Assembly: GCF_006345805.1 (NCBI RefSeq)
Contig: NC_043022.1
Location: 8,308,001-8,372,000 of the forward strand
Source of the DNA: Octopus sinensis
Taxonomy: Eukaryota
Reading direction: 5' to 3'
DNA length: 64,000 bases
Below, piece after piece: positions 35,656-49,062 of this stretch (positions within the stretch are counted from its first letter, which is position 1; each line of letters starts with the position of its first letter). The position numbers were made by a program, and so were the translations under genes. Below the pieces are notes generated by a model. That model did no database searches. It had not been told where the DNA came from and saw only the letters and a program-made list of their open reading frames with translations.

Positions 35656-37793
35656 GCGAAAACAATGCATCTATCGTTATGTCTTCACCCCTCCCTTTCT
35701 CTTTATCATTGTCCATTTCAACATGTATTGTAAACTAGATGTTCTTTAACGTTTATTATATTTTCTGTATTTCTGTGAGCCGTTGTGGCTAATACAGGAA
35801 GAATTATTGTTATTATCGTTATTATTTTTTTGCAGGTGCTGTACCTCTTCCACCAGGATCAAGATTGCTGATAAAAAGTAATCCCCCAAAACAAATTTTT
35901 AATGGATTTTCAAACAACCACATCTTGTTTATTTAATTAAGAATAATTTTCTTACAAAAATTAAACGGTCATTATTGTTACATTTTGTAATAACAATTAT
36001 TAAAAAAAGTCTATAAAGAATTATTAAATACAGTTAAGAGAAAATTTTTTAAGAACCTGAACCCCAGAGATATACATACCAACATACTCCCTTACTAAAC
36101 AAACTAGAGCAACAAAAAAGCAACCCAAAGAAAAACAATCGATACTAATCGTAAAATAACACCAAAACTAACAATGGTTACAATAACAACCGGAATAATA
36201 TTTAAAAAAGAAAAGAGGAAGAAAATATAACTACACACACACATTATATATATATGTTTGGTGATACATAAATAGGTTTACGTTATATACACACACACAT
36301 TAAGGTTTAGTCACACACACACATAGACTTGGTGGTACATATAAGTATAAATAGGTTTAGTGATATACAAACACACACAAGAATGTGAAACACCTATATA
36401 AGTATATATATAAACTATTAGCAAACGTTTCACTGCCGCCCCCCTTTTCCTCTCCTTCTTTTTGAATATCTTTATTTTCTTTCTTTCTTTCTTTCTTTCT
36501 TTTTCCCCTTTAAATACCATTTTTGAAGTGATAGGTGAGCTTCTTCCTAATGAGCAGAGAAAAAACTCTGATGGAACCCGGTTCTCGTTCGAAAACTGTA
36601 GTGGCTGTTTAATTAATGCTCTTGAGAAAAGCATACAGTTCACGACATCCCATCTTTATTTATTTGAGAAAACATAAATAAAAAAAAAACAAAAACAAAT
36701 TTGGCTGTGTATATCTAGTGAAACGAAATAAGTGGCATCTGGAAGGAAAATAAGTTAAAACATTTACAGTAAGCGGGGAGGTGACCGTAAGTTGTGTAAG
36801 AAATTAGGTGAATTTAGTAAATTAGTGTCTCAAGCAAGCCACGTGTCGGTGGCGTGGACTTTTCCCTAAGTTGTTAACTACACTTTTTATTGTGATTTTT
36901 TATACTGCATTACCTCTTCTGGTGATATTCCCTTAGTTAAAAAAAAAACGTATACAAGTTACGTAATCTCAAATTCTTCTCTTCCCTTACTCTCCCTTAA
37001 AAATATATAGCGCCCGTATCTAGTTAGCCGAAATCTGATCTGAACTACTGCGTAGAGGTGTGGGGGGAGATGCCCCTCTCTATGTCTCTCCTCCCGTCTC
37101 TCTCTCTCTCTCTTACTCTCTCTCGTTTCACCGTTCAGTAAGAGAGGCGTATATGTAATTGAGCTATCGGTAAACCGAGTCGCTGATGTGATGCGATGCG
37201 ACTCGTAAACATGATTTCTTCATTTCGGTTTCCCCTCACGTTACGCCGCCCTGCTAATTGAGCAATCACCTCTTGCTGGGAAAGCATGAACGTGCCAGCA
37301 TCCAAATCATTTTTTTCCTTTCTGCTTATCAAACAAGGATGAGGCTTTTTAAGCTTTGTTAACATTTAAAAAAACAAACAAAAACAGTCATAACGGACAT
37401 TAAGGAAACGCGTATGAATTTCTTTTCCATTAATTATCAAACAGTTTAAAAAAAAAAAAGAAGCTTTATAGACACATACATACGCACAAATAATTACAGC
37501 TCGACAGGCACATATTAAACCATTCAAAAAAAAAAAATCATGACTTCGTTTAAACATTATTTAGTGTTAAAATTTTCGTCACACCTACTACAACCTGGTC
37601 ACTGACGCGATTCCACTACATTGCGGTTTTCAGATCATATCACTTTGCCTGACAAATACACTTCCGACACACACATACACAGAACAGAAATTAGGCAACT
37701 TAATAGAATCGGTGATAGTAAACAAAAAAAAAAAAAAAAAAGCACACATACATCACCACCAACAACAAGGATAACATACCTTCGAAACAAACT

Positions 37794-37833
<40 letters not shown>

Positions 37834-38029
37834 TATACACACACATATACTTTTAAGGTTCCCTGTTTTTGTCTCTTATGTCGTTTTTAATGTTTAACTT
37901 TCCCGCCCCTCTCCATGCTGCAGCATCCAAACATGCTTGGGAAATATCCACATTTCGTACAGCACAACTCTCCAGTCACGCCGTTTGCAAGTCTTGCACT
38001 TGTCATTGTGAAAACACCAGTAAACATAG

Positions 38030-38720
38030 TAATAATAGTAATATTAATAATAACAGTAATTTCTGCAACTACTACTACTACTGCCATTAGAAAGTTAGAC
38101 GAAGACAGCGAAATTAGTAAAAGTATCACCGACGCAAGCTGCAGAAGACGAAGGAAATCGACAGCGAAAATAACAACGAAAGCATTGAAAACAACAACAA
38201 CAGCAACAACGATAACAACCGGAATAATAATAATAATAATAATAACAACAACAACAACGAGAAAGACAGCAGCAGCAGCAGTTGAAATTTCATTCAGACA
38301 AACAGCAGCAACAGCAGCATCGGGAGCAGCACTATCGTTATCAGCAATAGCGGTGGCATCTTCTGCAGTAACGACAGCGGTAGCAACAGAAACATTTGAA
38401 AGAGCAGCAGCAGTAATAATAGTAACAGCAGCAGCAGTAGAAGCGACAAAGTCAGCCGCCACAGCAACACCTGCAGTGGTATCATCATCACCATCGAAGA
38501 AAAATAGCAGAGCGACTGCCGGTTTGGGAGACGACAGTATCAGAGCAGCTAGCGACGGCAGTAGAAACTGCTGTGTAGCTGCATGAGCAGCAGCAGCAGC
38601 GGCAGTGAAAGCAGTGGAATTGCAGTAGTATTCTTAAACACCGGTTTCAACAACCACAACAACAGCAGCAGCGAGTAGTAGAGTAGCGAAGAAGCAGTAG
38701 AAAGAGTAGCGGTATTGGTG
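38030..38720 (+). repeat. Triplet-repeat-rich (AAT, AAC, CAG, AGT) tract directly upstream of the FoxJ2/3 ATG, probably 5' UTR
   Basis: Direct reading. The tract is contiguous with the start codon. Confidence 0.7.
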
Positions 38721-38726
38721 TTCAAG

Positions 38727-39494
38727 ATGGCGGACCTGGAGAGTAGTCTGACCGCGATGGACTGGCTACCGCGTCTTAGTGTGGGAGGGGCCATGACGGG
38801 AACAGGAGTCGGGGGTGCAACCGCCGGAAATGCTGGCGCCGGTTGCATTACTAACAACGGTGGGGCCCTTATGAGGACTGTGGATAGCCAGATGGGGCTT
38901 CAAAAGTCGGCCGTGTCGGCTTATCAACACCATCACACCCACCACAACCCTCCACCACCGCCACCACCTCCTCACCTAAATAACAACACGCCGGGCGGCG
39001 GCGGTGGTGGTGGAGGAGGCGGCGGTGGCGGCGGCGGCACCACGGACGGTGGCGGTGGCGCCGGCGGTGGATGTCCGCCGCTCTCGCAACCGCCACATCC
39101 TCATAGCATTAACAACGGCAACCACCATCACAACAGCAACAACAATCACCACAACAACCACACTAACAACAACAACAACCAGCAACAACACAACAACTCT
39201 AGCAACCACCACCACAACAACAACCCACACCTCCCCCACCATCAGCAACAACAAGCACAACACCACCACCTACAACAACAACACCATCAGCCACCACCAC
39301 TACCACCACCACCACCACAACAACAACACCATCACCCCCACGCTGCCAGAGACGGCAAACCGCCCTATAGTTATGCCAGTTTGATAACATTTGCAATAAA
39401 CAGCTCCCCGAGGAAAAAAATGACTTTGAGTGAGATTTATCAATGGATATGTGATAACTTCCCTTATTACCGGGATGCTGGGAACGGATGGAAG
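38727..39494 (+). CDS. FoxJ2/3: Forkhead box J2/3 transcription factor, first coding exon (N-terminus plus first part of the forkhead domain); the gene continues beyond this exon
   Basis: ATG at 38727 in CAAGATGGCGG context. The N-terminus [17 protein letters not shown] matches the FOXJ2/FOXJ3 N-terminal motif (ESSLTSxDWLPQL). The forkhead start [48 protein letters not shown] is nearly identical to vertebrate FOXJ3 as recalled. Homology stops at AAG|GTAAGT (donor at 39495, phase 0), exactly where NSIRHNLSLN should follow. Confidence 0.95.
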
Positions 39495-39617
39495 GTAAGT
39501 TATTGTTTTGCGTATATATATATCTTATACATATATAAATGTTATTATATATCTGTTTATCTTACTATTTGACTGTTTATCAACATGTTTATTTGTATTA
39601 TCTTATGCATCCAGACT

Positions 39618-39696
<79 letters not shown>

Positions 39697-39930
39697 CGTT
39701 CTGTGGAGTTATTGACATCCCAGGCTCTAAGCATATACATGTGTCGGCGAAACTTCGAAGTCACTGTTAATAACATTTAGTTTGTGTTGACATATTCTTT
39801 TAAAATTACCAATCTACGTAAATTTGATTACATTCATATTTACCGAACTGTCTGTGTTGTGCGTATGTGTGTTCGCGCGCGTGTTTACAACTTTACTCAT
39901 CAAATTATTTAAAATTTTATATGGCTTACA

Positions 39931-40048
<118 letters not shown>

Positions 40049-41832
40049 CCTATCTATCTATCTATCTATCTACCTGTCTGTCTGTCTACCTACCCACCCG
40101 CGTGTTCATATATGCATGTAGCTACCCGTTACTACCGCACCCCGTTTCAGCTGTTCACTCTGTTATTAACCATGAAGTAAAACTTTACTTGTTTAGCAAG
40201 CGGCGCTGACCGAAAGTGAAAGTAGCCAGCCAAGTCCAGTTGTTTTGTTTCTAAGTAGGATCGTGTGTATTCGTTACTTTGCAATCTACTGCTATTGCTA
40301 TTACTCGAAGGATAGCTTTCGGAGGTTAATAGAATAAAATACCAGTCAAGTATTGAGGTCAATGACATTGAGTAATCCACTCTCCTGAAAACTACTGGCC
40401 TTGTGTCAAAAGTTTTAGCAATTATTTGGGGCGGTGAGGTGGCAGAATCGTTAGCCCGTCTGACAAAATGCTTTGCGGCTTTTCTTCCGGCTCTTTACGT
40501 CTTGAGTTCAAATTCCACCTGGGTCGACTTTGCCTTTCATCCTTTTGGGGTCGATTAAATAAGTATCAGTTACTCACTGGGATCGATGTATTCGACTTAA
40601 TCCTTCTCTTCGTCTTCGGTCAAGATCGTATTGACCTTTTTAAAGTTCCACTTGGAAAGGAAAGTGTGGGTGGAGAAAGAAATGCTCTCACCCAGGGAAT
40701 TTGTCAAAAGGTGGGTGACTGTAGCAAAAATAGTTAGGGTTAATAGGCCTACTCTAACAATATGCCTGTAGATGGAAACAACAGTTGGACGAGGGTTCGT
40801 GTCTTTGGCGGTCAGGGCTATCCTGCTTCTGTGGGGGTATCTTGAATGGTCCTAGTTGGAGGTTCTTTATCAGGAGACGTGCATAACAGATGTGTTCACA
40901 TATTTTGTATTGTTATCTTTTTTTTTAGTTGTTTCAGTTATTAAACTATGGCCATGCTGGAGCCTCGCCTATCCTTTTCTTTCTCACATCATCCCCCACA
41001 CAAATAGTAAATCGTTTTTGCATTGTCCCCCTCATCTTTCACTCTGGTGGCACATAAAATAAATTATTATTGTTGTTGTTTTTCCAGTTCTTAACGCTCT
41101 GAGTTCAAATACTGCTGAGATTGACTTAGCTATTCATCCGTTCGTGAGTAGATAAAATGAATGGCAGTTGAGCCCTGGACTCCCACCAAAAAGAAGAAGA
41201 AAGAAAGAAAGAAAATCGCTAGGCTTCTGCTATAAATTAGAAACAATTATTGTTGTTATGGTGTCCAAAAGCAAAAAAATCTGAAACGATCCACTTCAGG
41301 GCTGCCAGTAATCAAGGAGCCCCTGCCCTACATTTATTAGAATGCCCTTAGTGTCAAAGGACATGTGCCCTCAGTCAGCTGTGTTCGTTCTCTGACCTAC
41401 ATACTCGGTTGGTGACATTAAGTTCATTCATGTAATAGTCGTGTTTTCTTTTCTGTTTACATTTTTTGTTGTTGTTTCTGTAGACATTACCAACAGGTCG
41501 TTAAGGCTTGTTTACATCCACGTTGCTATGAAAGTTAATCCACAAAACCGTGCTATTGACCACAACTCTATTTCCTTTTTTTTTATCTTTTACAGCTGTT
41601 TATATTATATAATCATGAGTATAACTACATAAGTGTGCCTCCACCCGACTTTATTTCCTTATAATTTTCTGAAAAAGAACTAAAACAGATTTCTTTTATG
41701 AATATTCTACACATACGTTTTAGATGTTGGTGTACTTTGCAATTATGTCAGAATGTGTTGTGGGGGCAATATTTAACGCTTGTCGATCTTGTTTCTTCGT
41801 TACTTTCACGTTATGATGATATAGATTACAAC

Positions 41833-41913
<81 letters not shown>

Positions 41914-43639
41914 ATATATAGGGTTATTTCACCCTCTGGGATTTGTTGAATGAATATTTTTTTTAAATAAGAAAAAAACTTAAGAAAAAAATTTGTTTGT
42001 CAGAGGTGAATTTGTTGGTGGGGCTGTTTGGTACGCTATAGCCCTGTAAAGCTTAATTTTTTTAAAAGAAAAAAACAATATTCGTTTAACAAATTTCACC
42101 AAAGATAGGGTGATATAGGTCTTCAAAGTAATTTTGTTTCATCATAACTGTCATCTATATCATTAAAACGTATGGGGTAAGAAACAAAAGCCGAGGTGTG
42201 TGAATTGTTAGAAATATATCTCGTCCACCTACGAAAAAGTTTTCGCCACAAATTCCGATGTAATCATAATCTACACCGCATAAAACATATTTAATTTATA
42301 GCAGTTAACTTTTACTTGTTTTGGTCACCTCGAAGAATTTAGTCGAACAATTCGGCCCCGATGTTTTTTTAAAGCTTGGTACTTAATCTATTAGTGGCTT
42401 TTGCCGAGCCCCAGGTTACGAGGACGTAAACAAAGTAACACTGGTTGGGAAAACACACACACACAGCTATGTAGGTGTGTATATATATATCTGTAGAAAG
42501 TTTCATAAAAAATATCAGTTTTTCTGAAATTTATGAAGAAACGAAGTCGGTAGGGCGCAGTTGTGTCGATATGCCATATGTTTTACAGATCACTAATAAA
42601 AAACCTTTACTTCTACATGATTTTCTTTCTCTACGTTTCCCCACTGTCATGACCCCGAGTATTTCGTTACCTAATCCTTTCGATCAGAGCTATATCATAT
42701 GTGCTGTACCAAAGAATCGAGGCCCCATCCTCCATTAAAATATTTTCATATGGCCGCCTCCTCTTCTCTAGGGTATTCACGGGCCCATTCACATCTTTGG
42801 CCCGACACTGCAACATACATAGCGCCTACCTGAAGATGGTTACCCCTTCTTCAACACATCTCCCCGATTATGTTTAAACGTTACAACTTTCGTGACCGAA
42901 CCATCCAAAATCTTGTGATTTAATAGACGGAAACTGAAAGAAACCCATCGCGTGGGCGCGCGTGTGTATACATGTGTTTGTCTCCCGCTACCGCTCGACA
43001 ACCGGTGTTGGTTTGTTTACAACTTATAGAATAAGTACCAGACTCAAGAAAATAGAATTGTGGTCAATTTGTTCGACTAAACCCTTCAAGGCAGTGCCTC
43101 AGCTTGTGTGTGTGTGTGTGTGAATCAAATGAGGTACTCCCTCCAAGAGCCGGATTTTAGCACAAGCTAAAGATTTAGTCTCACATCCAGATTTCGACCT
43201 CAAAATTATTGAAAGTCATCTATCCGTTTCCAATTTTTGTGACAACTTCTGATAAAGTATTTTATCATGATTTGGGCAGCACCAAGCCTAAATCCAATCC
43301 AGACCCGGATTCCGTCCTCTCTTTCCACATGATCACTCGACCTGTTAGAAATAGCGGCCAAATTCCCCGCAATTTACAATTCTGTCATCGTAAAAGGAGA
43401 CACACATTGCTCAGTGTTGTCTGGAGTGCACAATACCAGAAAACACCTCCAAAATGAGGGTTGTTTATAGGTAAAACACCTTTACCTATAGGTGTTTTAA
43501 TAAGGGCTAATCAACAGCAACAATAAACTCCAGTTTACATGTGTGTGTGTGTTTCGATTACCTGGACAATTTTATTCTGCTCCTACCACACCCTCGTCTT
43601 CACCGTCTCAAACTCCTCACTACCATCTTTTTTATTCTA

Positions 43640-43970
43640 GCTGTGTGGTTAAAAAGCTCGCTTTGCCACCACGTGCTTTTGGGTTCAGTCCCCCTGCGCG
43701 GCACCTTGGACAAGTGCCTTCTGTTAGAGACCTGGGGTGACCAAAAGCTTGTGAGTGAATTTGGTGGACAGAAGCTATGTGGAATCTCGTCGTGTGTGTG
43801 TCTATGTTTTTCCTCTTCCCGTTTAACACTTGATGTTCGTTTGTTTACGTTCTCATAACTTAGCGATTCGGCGAAAAGTGCTGGGATCGGTTTGTTCGAC
43901 GAAAATCCTTCAGTTCGGCGACCCAGCATGGCCGCAGTCCAATGACTGAAACAAATGAAAACTAAAAGAT
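43640..43970 (+). mobile_element. SINE family A copy
   Basis: GCTGTGTGGTTAAAAAGCTCGC...GGCACCTTGGACAAGTG...GCATGGCCGCAGTCCAATGACTGAAAC. Confidence 0.85.
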
Positions 43971-44041
43971 GTATAATATTTAGTGAAGTCAAGTTAGAAA
44001 TAGCAGCCAAATCTCTAAATTGAATACTGTAGTCACCGAGA

Positions 44042-44091
<50 letters not shown>

Positions 44092-44199
44092 CCTGTCTGT
44101 CTGACTGTCTGCCTGCCTGCCTGTCTGTGTATGTATGTATGTATGCATGTACGTATATATATTCGTAAATAATACTAAACACTTTAAGGCGGTACCCTA

Positions 44200-44495
44200 T
44201 ACTGGGGAATAACCTTGAAATGTTCAGTCAGACAAATAGACCCCAGGACTTTTAGCGGCCTCCTCTGTAAAATCGCTAAGTTAGGGGACGTAAACAAAAC
44301 AATACCGGTTGTCAAGCGGTGGTGTGGGACAAACAATACACACATGCACACGTATGTATGTATGTATGTATGTTTTTACACGACGAGTTTCTTTCAATTT
44401 CCATCTACCAGGTCGACCCGGGGCTGTTATAGAAACACTTGCCCTAGGTTCCACAGTGGTACTGAACCCAAGTCCACGTGGTTGGGGAGCAAGCA
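44200..44495 (-). mobile_element. SINE family A copy (inverted relative to 43640)
   Basis: Reverse-complement match. Confidence 0.8.
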
Positions 44496-44504
44496 TATAT
44501 ATAT

Positions 44505-44566
<62 letters not shown>

Positions 44567-45048
44567 GAGGGCTGATATAAACACCAAAGTATATGAGGAA
44601 GGACCAACTGGGATACCGTGTTTTTGTTATTGAGCCCATGTGTACCCTGGTCTAGAAAAATAATCCAAGACATGACCATCGCGACTTAATGTGTTTCGTG
44701 TACTTAACATTGTTGAATGTGCCCTCACGTTGTTAATATGACAAGGTTTTAAATTTGAAAATTTAGCTATGATTTCTAGCGCTTTATGTTACTGCACAGA
44801 TGTTCCCCAAGCAATGGTGGTGTAGTCTGGTGTATTTTATTAGCTGCTTTTATGGTACTTAATCTTTGGTTACTCCTCATTGAACAGATTTAAAGGCCAA
44901 GACATTCTACCCGTGGCCATCGCCTTTTTTTTTTTTTAATTTGGACAGTATATAATAAGAACTATATCATCCAATGTCTATTTGTAATTTTAAAATAAAA
45001 CAAAAAACAGGGTGATTTGATTACTATTTCTAGCATATCAACTGACTA

Positions 45049-45260
45049 CGATGGGTTGCTGAAAAGTTCCTAGCTTTAAGGGTGTCGTGAAAGGCCTGGC
45101 TGGAGGCCCATCCATCCGAGTTTTTTTAACAGGGCTTAGAAAAACTGAAGGATCGCTGCAATAAGTGAGTGAATTTGAGGGGGGAATATGTTGAATAAAA
45201 TCATAATTAACTGATCTTTTATTTTCTTTTAACCAAAGCCAGGAACTTTTCAGCACCTCG
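45049..45260 (+). mobile_element. Mariner-derived MITE, copy 2
   Basis: TA TSDs. TIRs and interior are homologous to 3175-3379. Confidence 0.85.
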
Positions 45261-45299
45261 TATGTATGTGCTCTGCTCATGATCCTCTCGGAGGGCTTG

Positions 45300-45705
45300 C
45301 GAAAGTCAAGAAGTTTACTTCTCAACTACATGGTTCTGGGTTCAGTCCCACTGTATGGGACCTTGGGCAATGTCTTCTACTATTGCCCCGGGCTGTAATA
45401 GAAGATATACTGAGAAGGCGTAGAGATATAGTGAGTGGATTTGATAGACGGAAATTCATGTAAGCCCGTCATGTGTGTGTGTGTGTGTGTAATGTGCGTT
45501 TATGTTTGTCTTCCCTTCACCGCTTAACAATCAGCGTTGGTTTGTTTACGTCTTTCGTAACAAACCGTTTTGGCAAAAGTGACAGCTATAATTAAGAATC
45601 AGCCTTTAAAAACATAAGTACCGGGCTCGATTTATTCGACCAAAACCCACCAAGACGGTGCCCCAGCATGGCTGAAATCCAATGACTGAAACAAGTAAAA
45701 CATAA
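45300..45705 (+). mobile_element. SINE family A copy
   Basis: Head-to-tail match. Confidence 0.8.
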
Positions 45706-46084
45706 ATGCAAAGAAAAAATAATAATTAAAGAAACCAAAGCAGATTTAGGGTGTGATATGAGGAGACTTAGATTACTATTTCTAGCAAATCAATGTTATT
45801 ATAGATAGTCGCTCATTGGCTCATAATGGTGTGGTGTGGTTTGGTGTAGTAATGTTGCTAAACGTTCAGACTGTGTATGTCTGACCTTATTGATGAGGTC
45901 GGAATCAATTTTGTGCAAACCCTCCACACACAAACTCACAAATACTTACACATACACGCACGGACATACACACAGACAAAAACTTAACGAGCCAATCAAT
46001 GAATGAGTCTTTTTACGTGGCTGTTATTTCTAGCAGTCGTTCGAAATGACAGGCAAAATATTTTCCTCAAATCACTCTCTAACA

Positions 46085-46346
46085 CAATGGTTCTCAGCTA
46101 TTTAATTTTTTTTGTTGCTTATAGACCCCTTTGATTCCTATTTTACTCGAGTGGACCCTCATAGCAATTCGATGTTTGAGAAATCCAAGTATATTTTTAT
46201 AATTAAATATTGTTAGGAATTGTATTAAAAAATTGTTAAAATGTTTTGTGTATTGTAGAAGCATAGCCAATTCATTGCACATAAATTTTTACAAAATCTT
46301 CTGTAGACCGCCAAAGGCCATATGGACGCCCAGTTGAGAACCACTG
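46085..46346 (+). mobile_element. hAT-like MITE
   Basis: Ends CAATGGTTCTCAGC and GTTGAGAACCACTG. Confidence 0.7.
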
Positions 46347-46761
46347 ATCTTACGTCTTGAAAAAGGGAAGAAACAGTAGATTTATATGAAACCCAGATGC
46401 TCTTTAGGTTTTGAGTTCAAATTCTGTCGGGATTAACTTTGCCTTTCATCCTTTCGGGTTCGAGAAAAATGTGTACCATTAAAAACTTCAGGCCTTCATT
46501 ATGTTCTGCTGCATCATCGGGAGCGAAGTGTGTGCTTGTGTGTTTGGCGGGGTTTAAATGTCGTTTAGCACTCGGGTCAACCCTGATCAAGCAAAGCAGA
46601 CCATTTTTATTTTCAGATATAGTAGTGTGTCTGAGCCTACATTATCCAGTCTGTTTTTTGTTTTTTTTTATTATTTTGAAGAGAGCAGGGTGTGTGTGGT
46701 TTGAGAGTAATTTGGTTGTTATTTTTCGCAAATCAAATGACCTTATACAGTATCTCTCTCT

Positions 46762-46803
<42 letters not shown>

Positions 46804-47316
46804 TAGTTCGTCTGAGTGTAGGTAGTGGTTCTGGTGGTGGTGACCATTATGATTGAGAAAACAGTAGACTTTGTTGCTTATCTCAAGCTCAAAACCTGAT
46901 CGAGCAGACCTATACTCAAAGGTATTCCAACTGTGACCATTCCGTGAATAGTCCTCTTTGTATTTTATTTTATTTTTCTAAGGCGGGAAATTGTGTAATT
47001 TTAGAGAAATTTGGCTGCTATTTCTAGGAGGACCTGTAAACCACGTCGAGAAGACTTTGTCCTTGTCTCGTCTTTTTGAGGCGGAAGGACGTGGAATTTG
47101 AAATTTGGGTGTTATTTCTAAGAGGCCGAATGAACTACGTCGAGACGACTTTGTCCTTGTCTCGTCTTTTTGAGGCAGTAGGTGGGGTGTGGAATTTGAG
47201 AGTTATTGGTTGCTATTTCTAGGAAGACGAATGACCACATTGAAACGTGTTTCTCAATATCGCGTCTCCATGTGTTGGTGATGATGATGGCGAGGACGGC
47301 AAAGTATTTTTCTCGC

Positions 47317-47362
<46 letters not shown>

Positions 47363-48358
47363 GTATATATATATATATGTATAGTTTCAGGTTTGAAATG
47401 TGAGTGAATGTATGTATTTATATACCAAGACACGAAGTATGTACTTCAAAAAAACACCAAGCAGCGCCGGTTAGCAACACAACGCTTCTTAGCATTGGCA
47501 CTTCTGCAGGAATATCATTCCTATCGCTGATTCTTTTATTATATATATATAGTTTTCTTTACGTCGTCTGTCTGCTTGTCTGTCTGTCTATCAGTAGTAG
47601 TTGCTTGGTCAACTTTGAGCTTACCCATGATGATGATGATGACGACGATGATGTGTGGAGGTCTTAATTCGTCGTCGCCCTGTTTATCACCACCACCTCC
47701 TTTTAGCAGAACCCCTCCCCACTACTTTCTTGCAAGTACTAGTAGTTGTAGCAGTTGCTTAATTTCCCTACCACCACCACCACCACCACCACCAACTATG
47801 ATGGTGATGATAATGATGATGTGCAGCAGACTTAATTCGTCGCCAGGTTTTATCCCCGCCACTACTTTTTTGCAAGTAGTAATAATAGTAATATTAGTGG
47901 TAGTGATAGTAGTTGTTGCTTGGTTCCTCATCACTACCAGGGTCATCGTTGCTGGAGTAGACTATGATGATGGTGATGATGAAAATAACTGTTTAATTTT
48001 CTCATGGGCAAACTGCGATCCGCGGGACTTTCATTCAGAATGGAACACTAACGAAAAATTATTTCAAAATTTTTTAGTAGTGCGGCCCCCTGAAGATGAG
48101 TCACATTTCGAGCGGCCCGATTCTCGAAAAAGGTTGCCCATGCCTTGTTTAGTAAACATTAGTTTATCCGTCGGCCCCGTTTAGCACCAATACCACCTTT
48201 TCGTAGACAAGAATTCGCAACCCACCATTCATTCTCTTTGAATGCAAGCATTCAGGTTTCAAACCTCCGAGTTTGGTGGGAAACTTCAGCTCTCGACCCA
48301 CCTTCTCCTCTCCACACCAGTCTCAGAAACCCCTCTTTGTCAAATGAAGCTATATAAT

Positions 48359-48401
<43 letters not shown>

Positions 48402-48491
48402 ATATATATATATACATATAAAGCGGTCTATCTATGGCCGTGCCGACTCTCTCATATGCGTAAGAAACACATAGTAATACGAGAAGGTACG

Positions 48492-48603
48492 ATTTGAAAC
48501 AGATTTAGCTACTATTTCTAGTAGGTCGAGTGACCGTTTATGGATACCTTCATTGGTGTAGTCGCTCGACGTTCTAGAAATAGCAGCCAAATCTCTTTCA
48601 AAT
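48492..48603. repeat. ~112-bp hairpin element made of two inverted copies of the ATTTGGCTGCTATTTCTAG motif
   Basis: ATTTGAAACAGATTTAGCTACTATTTCTAGTAGGTCGAGTGAC pairs with GTCGCTCGACGTTCTAGAAATAGCAGCCAAATCTCTTTCAAAT. Confidence 0.8.
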
Positions 48604-48664
48604 TGCGATCTACTACTTTACACAAGATAAAACACATTTTATAATGTAGTTGTCCTAAGTATAA

Positions 48665-49062
48665 GCGCAGGTGTGACTGCGTGGTAAGATGTTTGCTTCT
48701 CAACCACATGGTTTCAGGTTCAGTCACACTACCAGACTCCTTGAGTAAGTGTCTTCTAGTATAACCTTGGGCTGAATAACTCCTTGTGAGTGGATTTGGT
48801 TGATGGAAACTGAAAGAAGCCCATCGCGTGCGTATATATATATATATATATCCATGTCTGTGTTTACCCCCCCTCCCACCGCTTGATAATCGGCGTTGCT
48901 TTGTTTATGTCCCCGTGTGTTCACCAAAAGAGTGCATTAGAATAAATACTAGACTATAAGACAATCAGCAATGGGGTCGATTTGTTCATCTAAACCCCTA
49001 AGGTGGTACTCCAGCATGGTTGCAGTCCAATGACTGAAAGAAGTGAAAAATAGAAAGATACA
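48665..49062 (+). mobile_element. SINE family A copy
   Basis: Head-to-tail match. Confidence 0.8.

Noticed and set aside
37205-38026. GTAAACA forkhead sites suggesting autoregulation
   Set aside because: Two 7-mers in AT-rich DNA are expected by chance.
47005-47240. CRISPR-like repeat-spacer array
   Set aside because: The spacers are homologous to each other, so this is a tandem duplication. The context is eukaryotic and has no cas genes.
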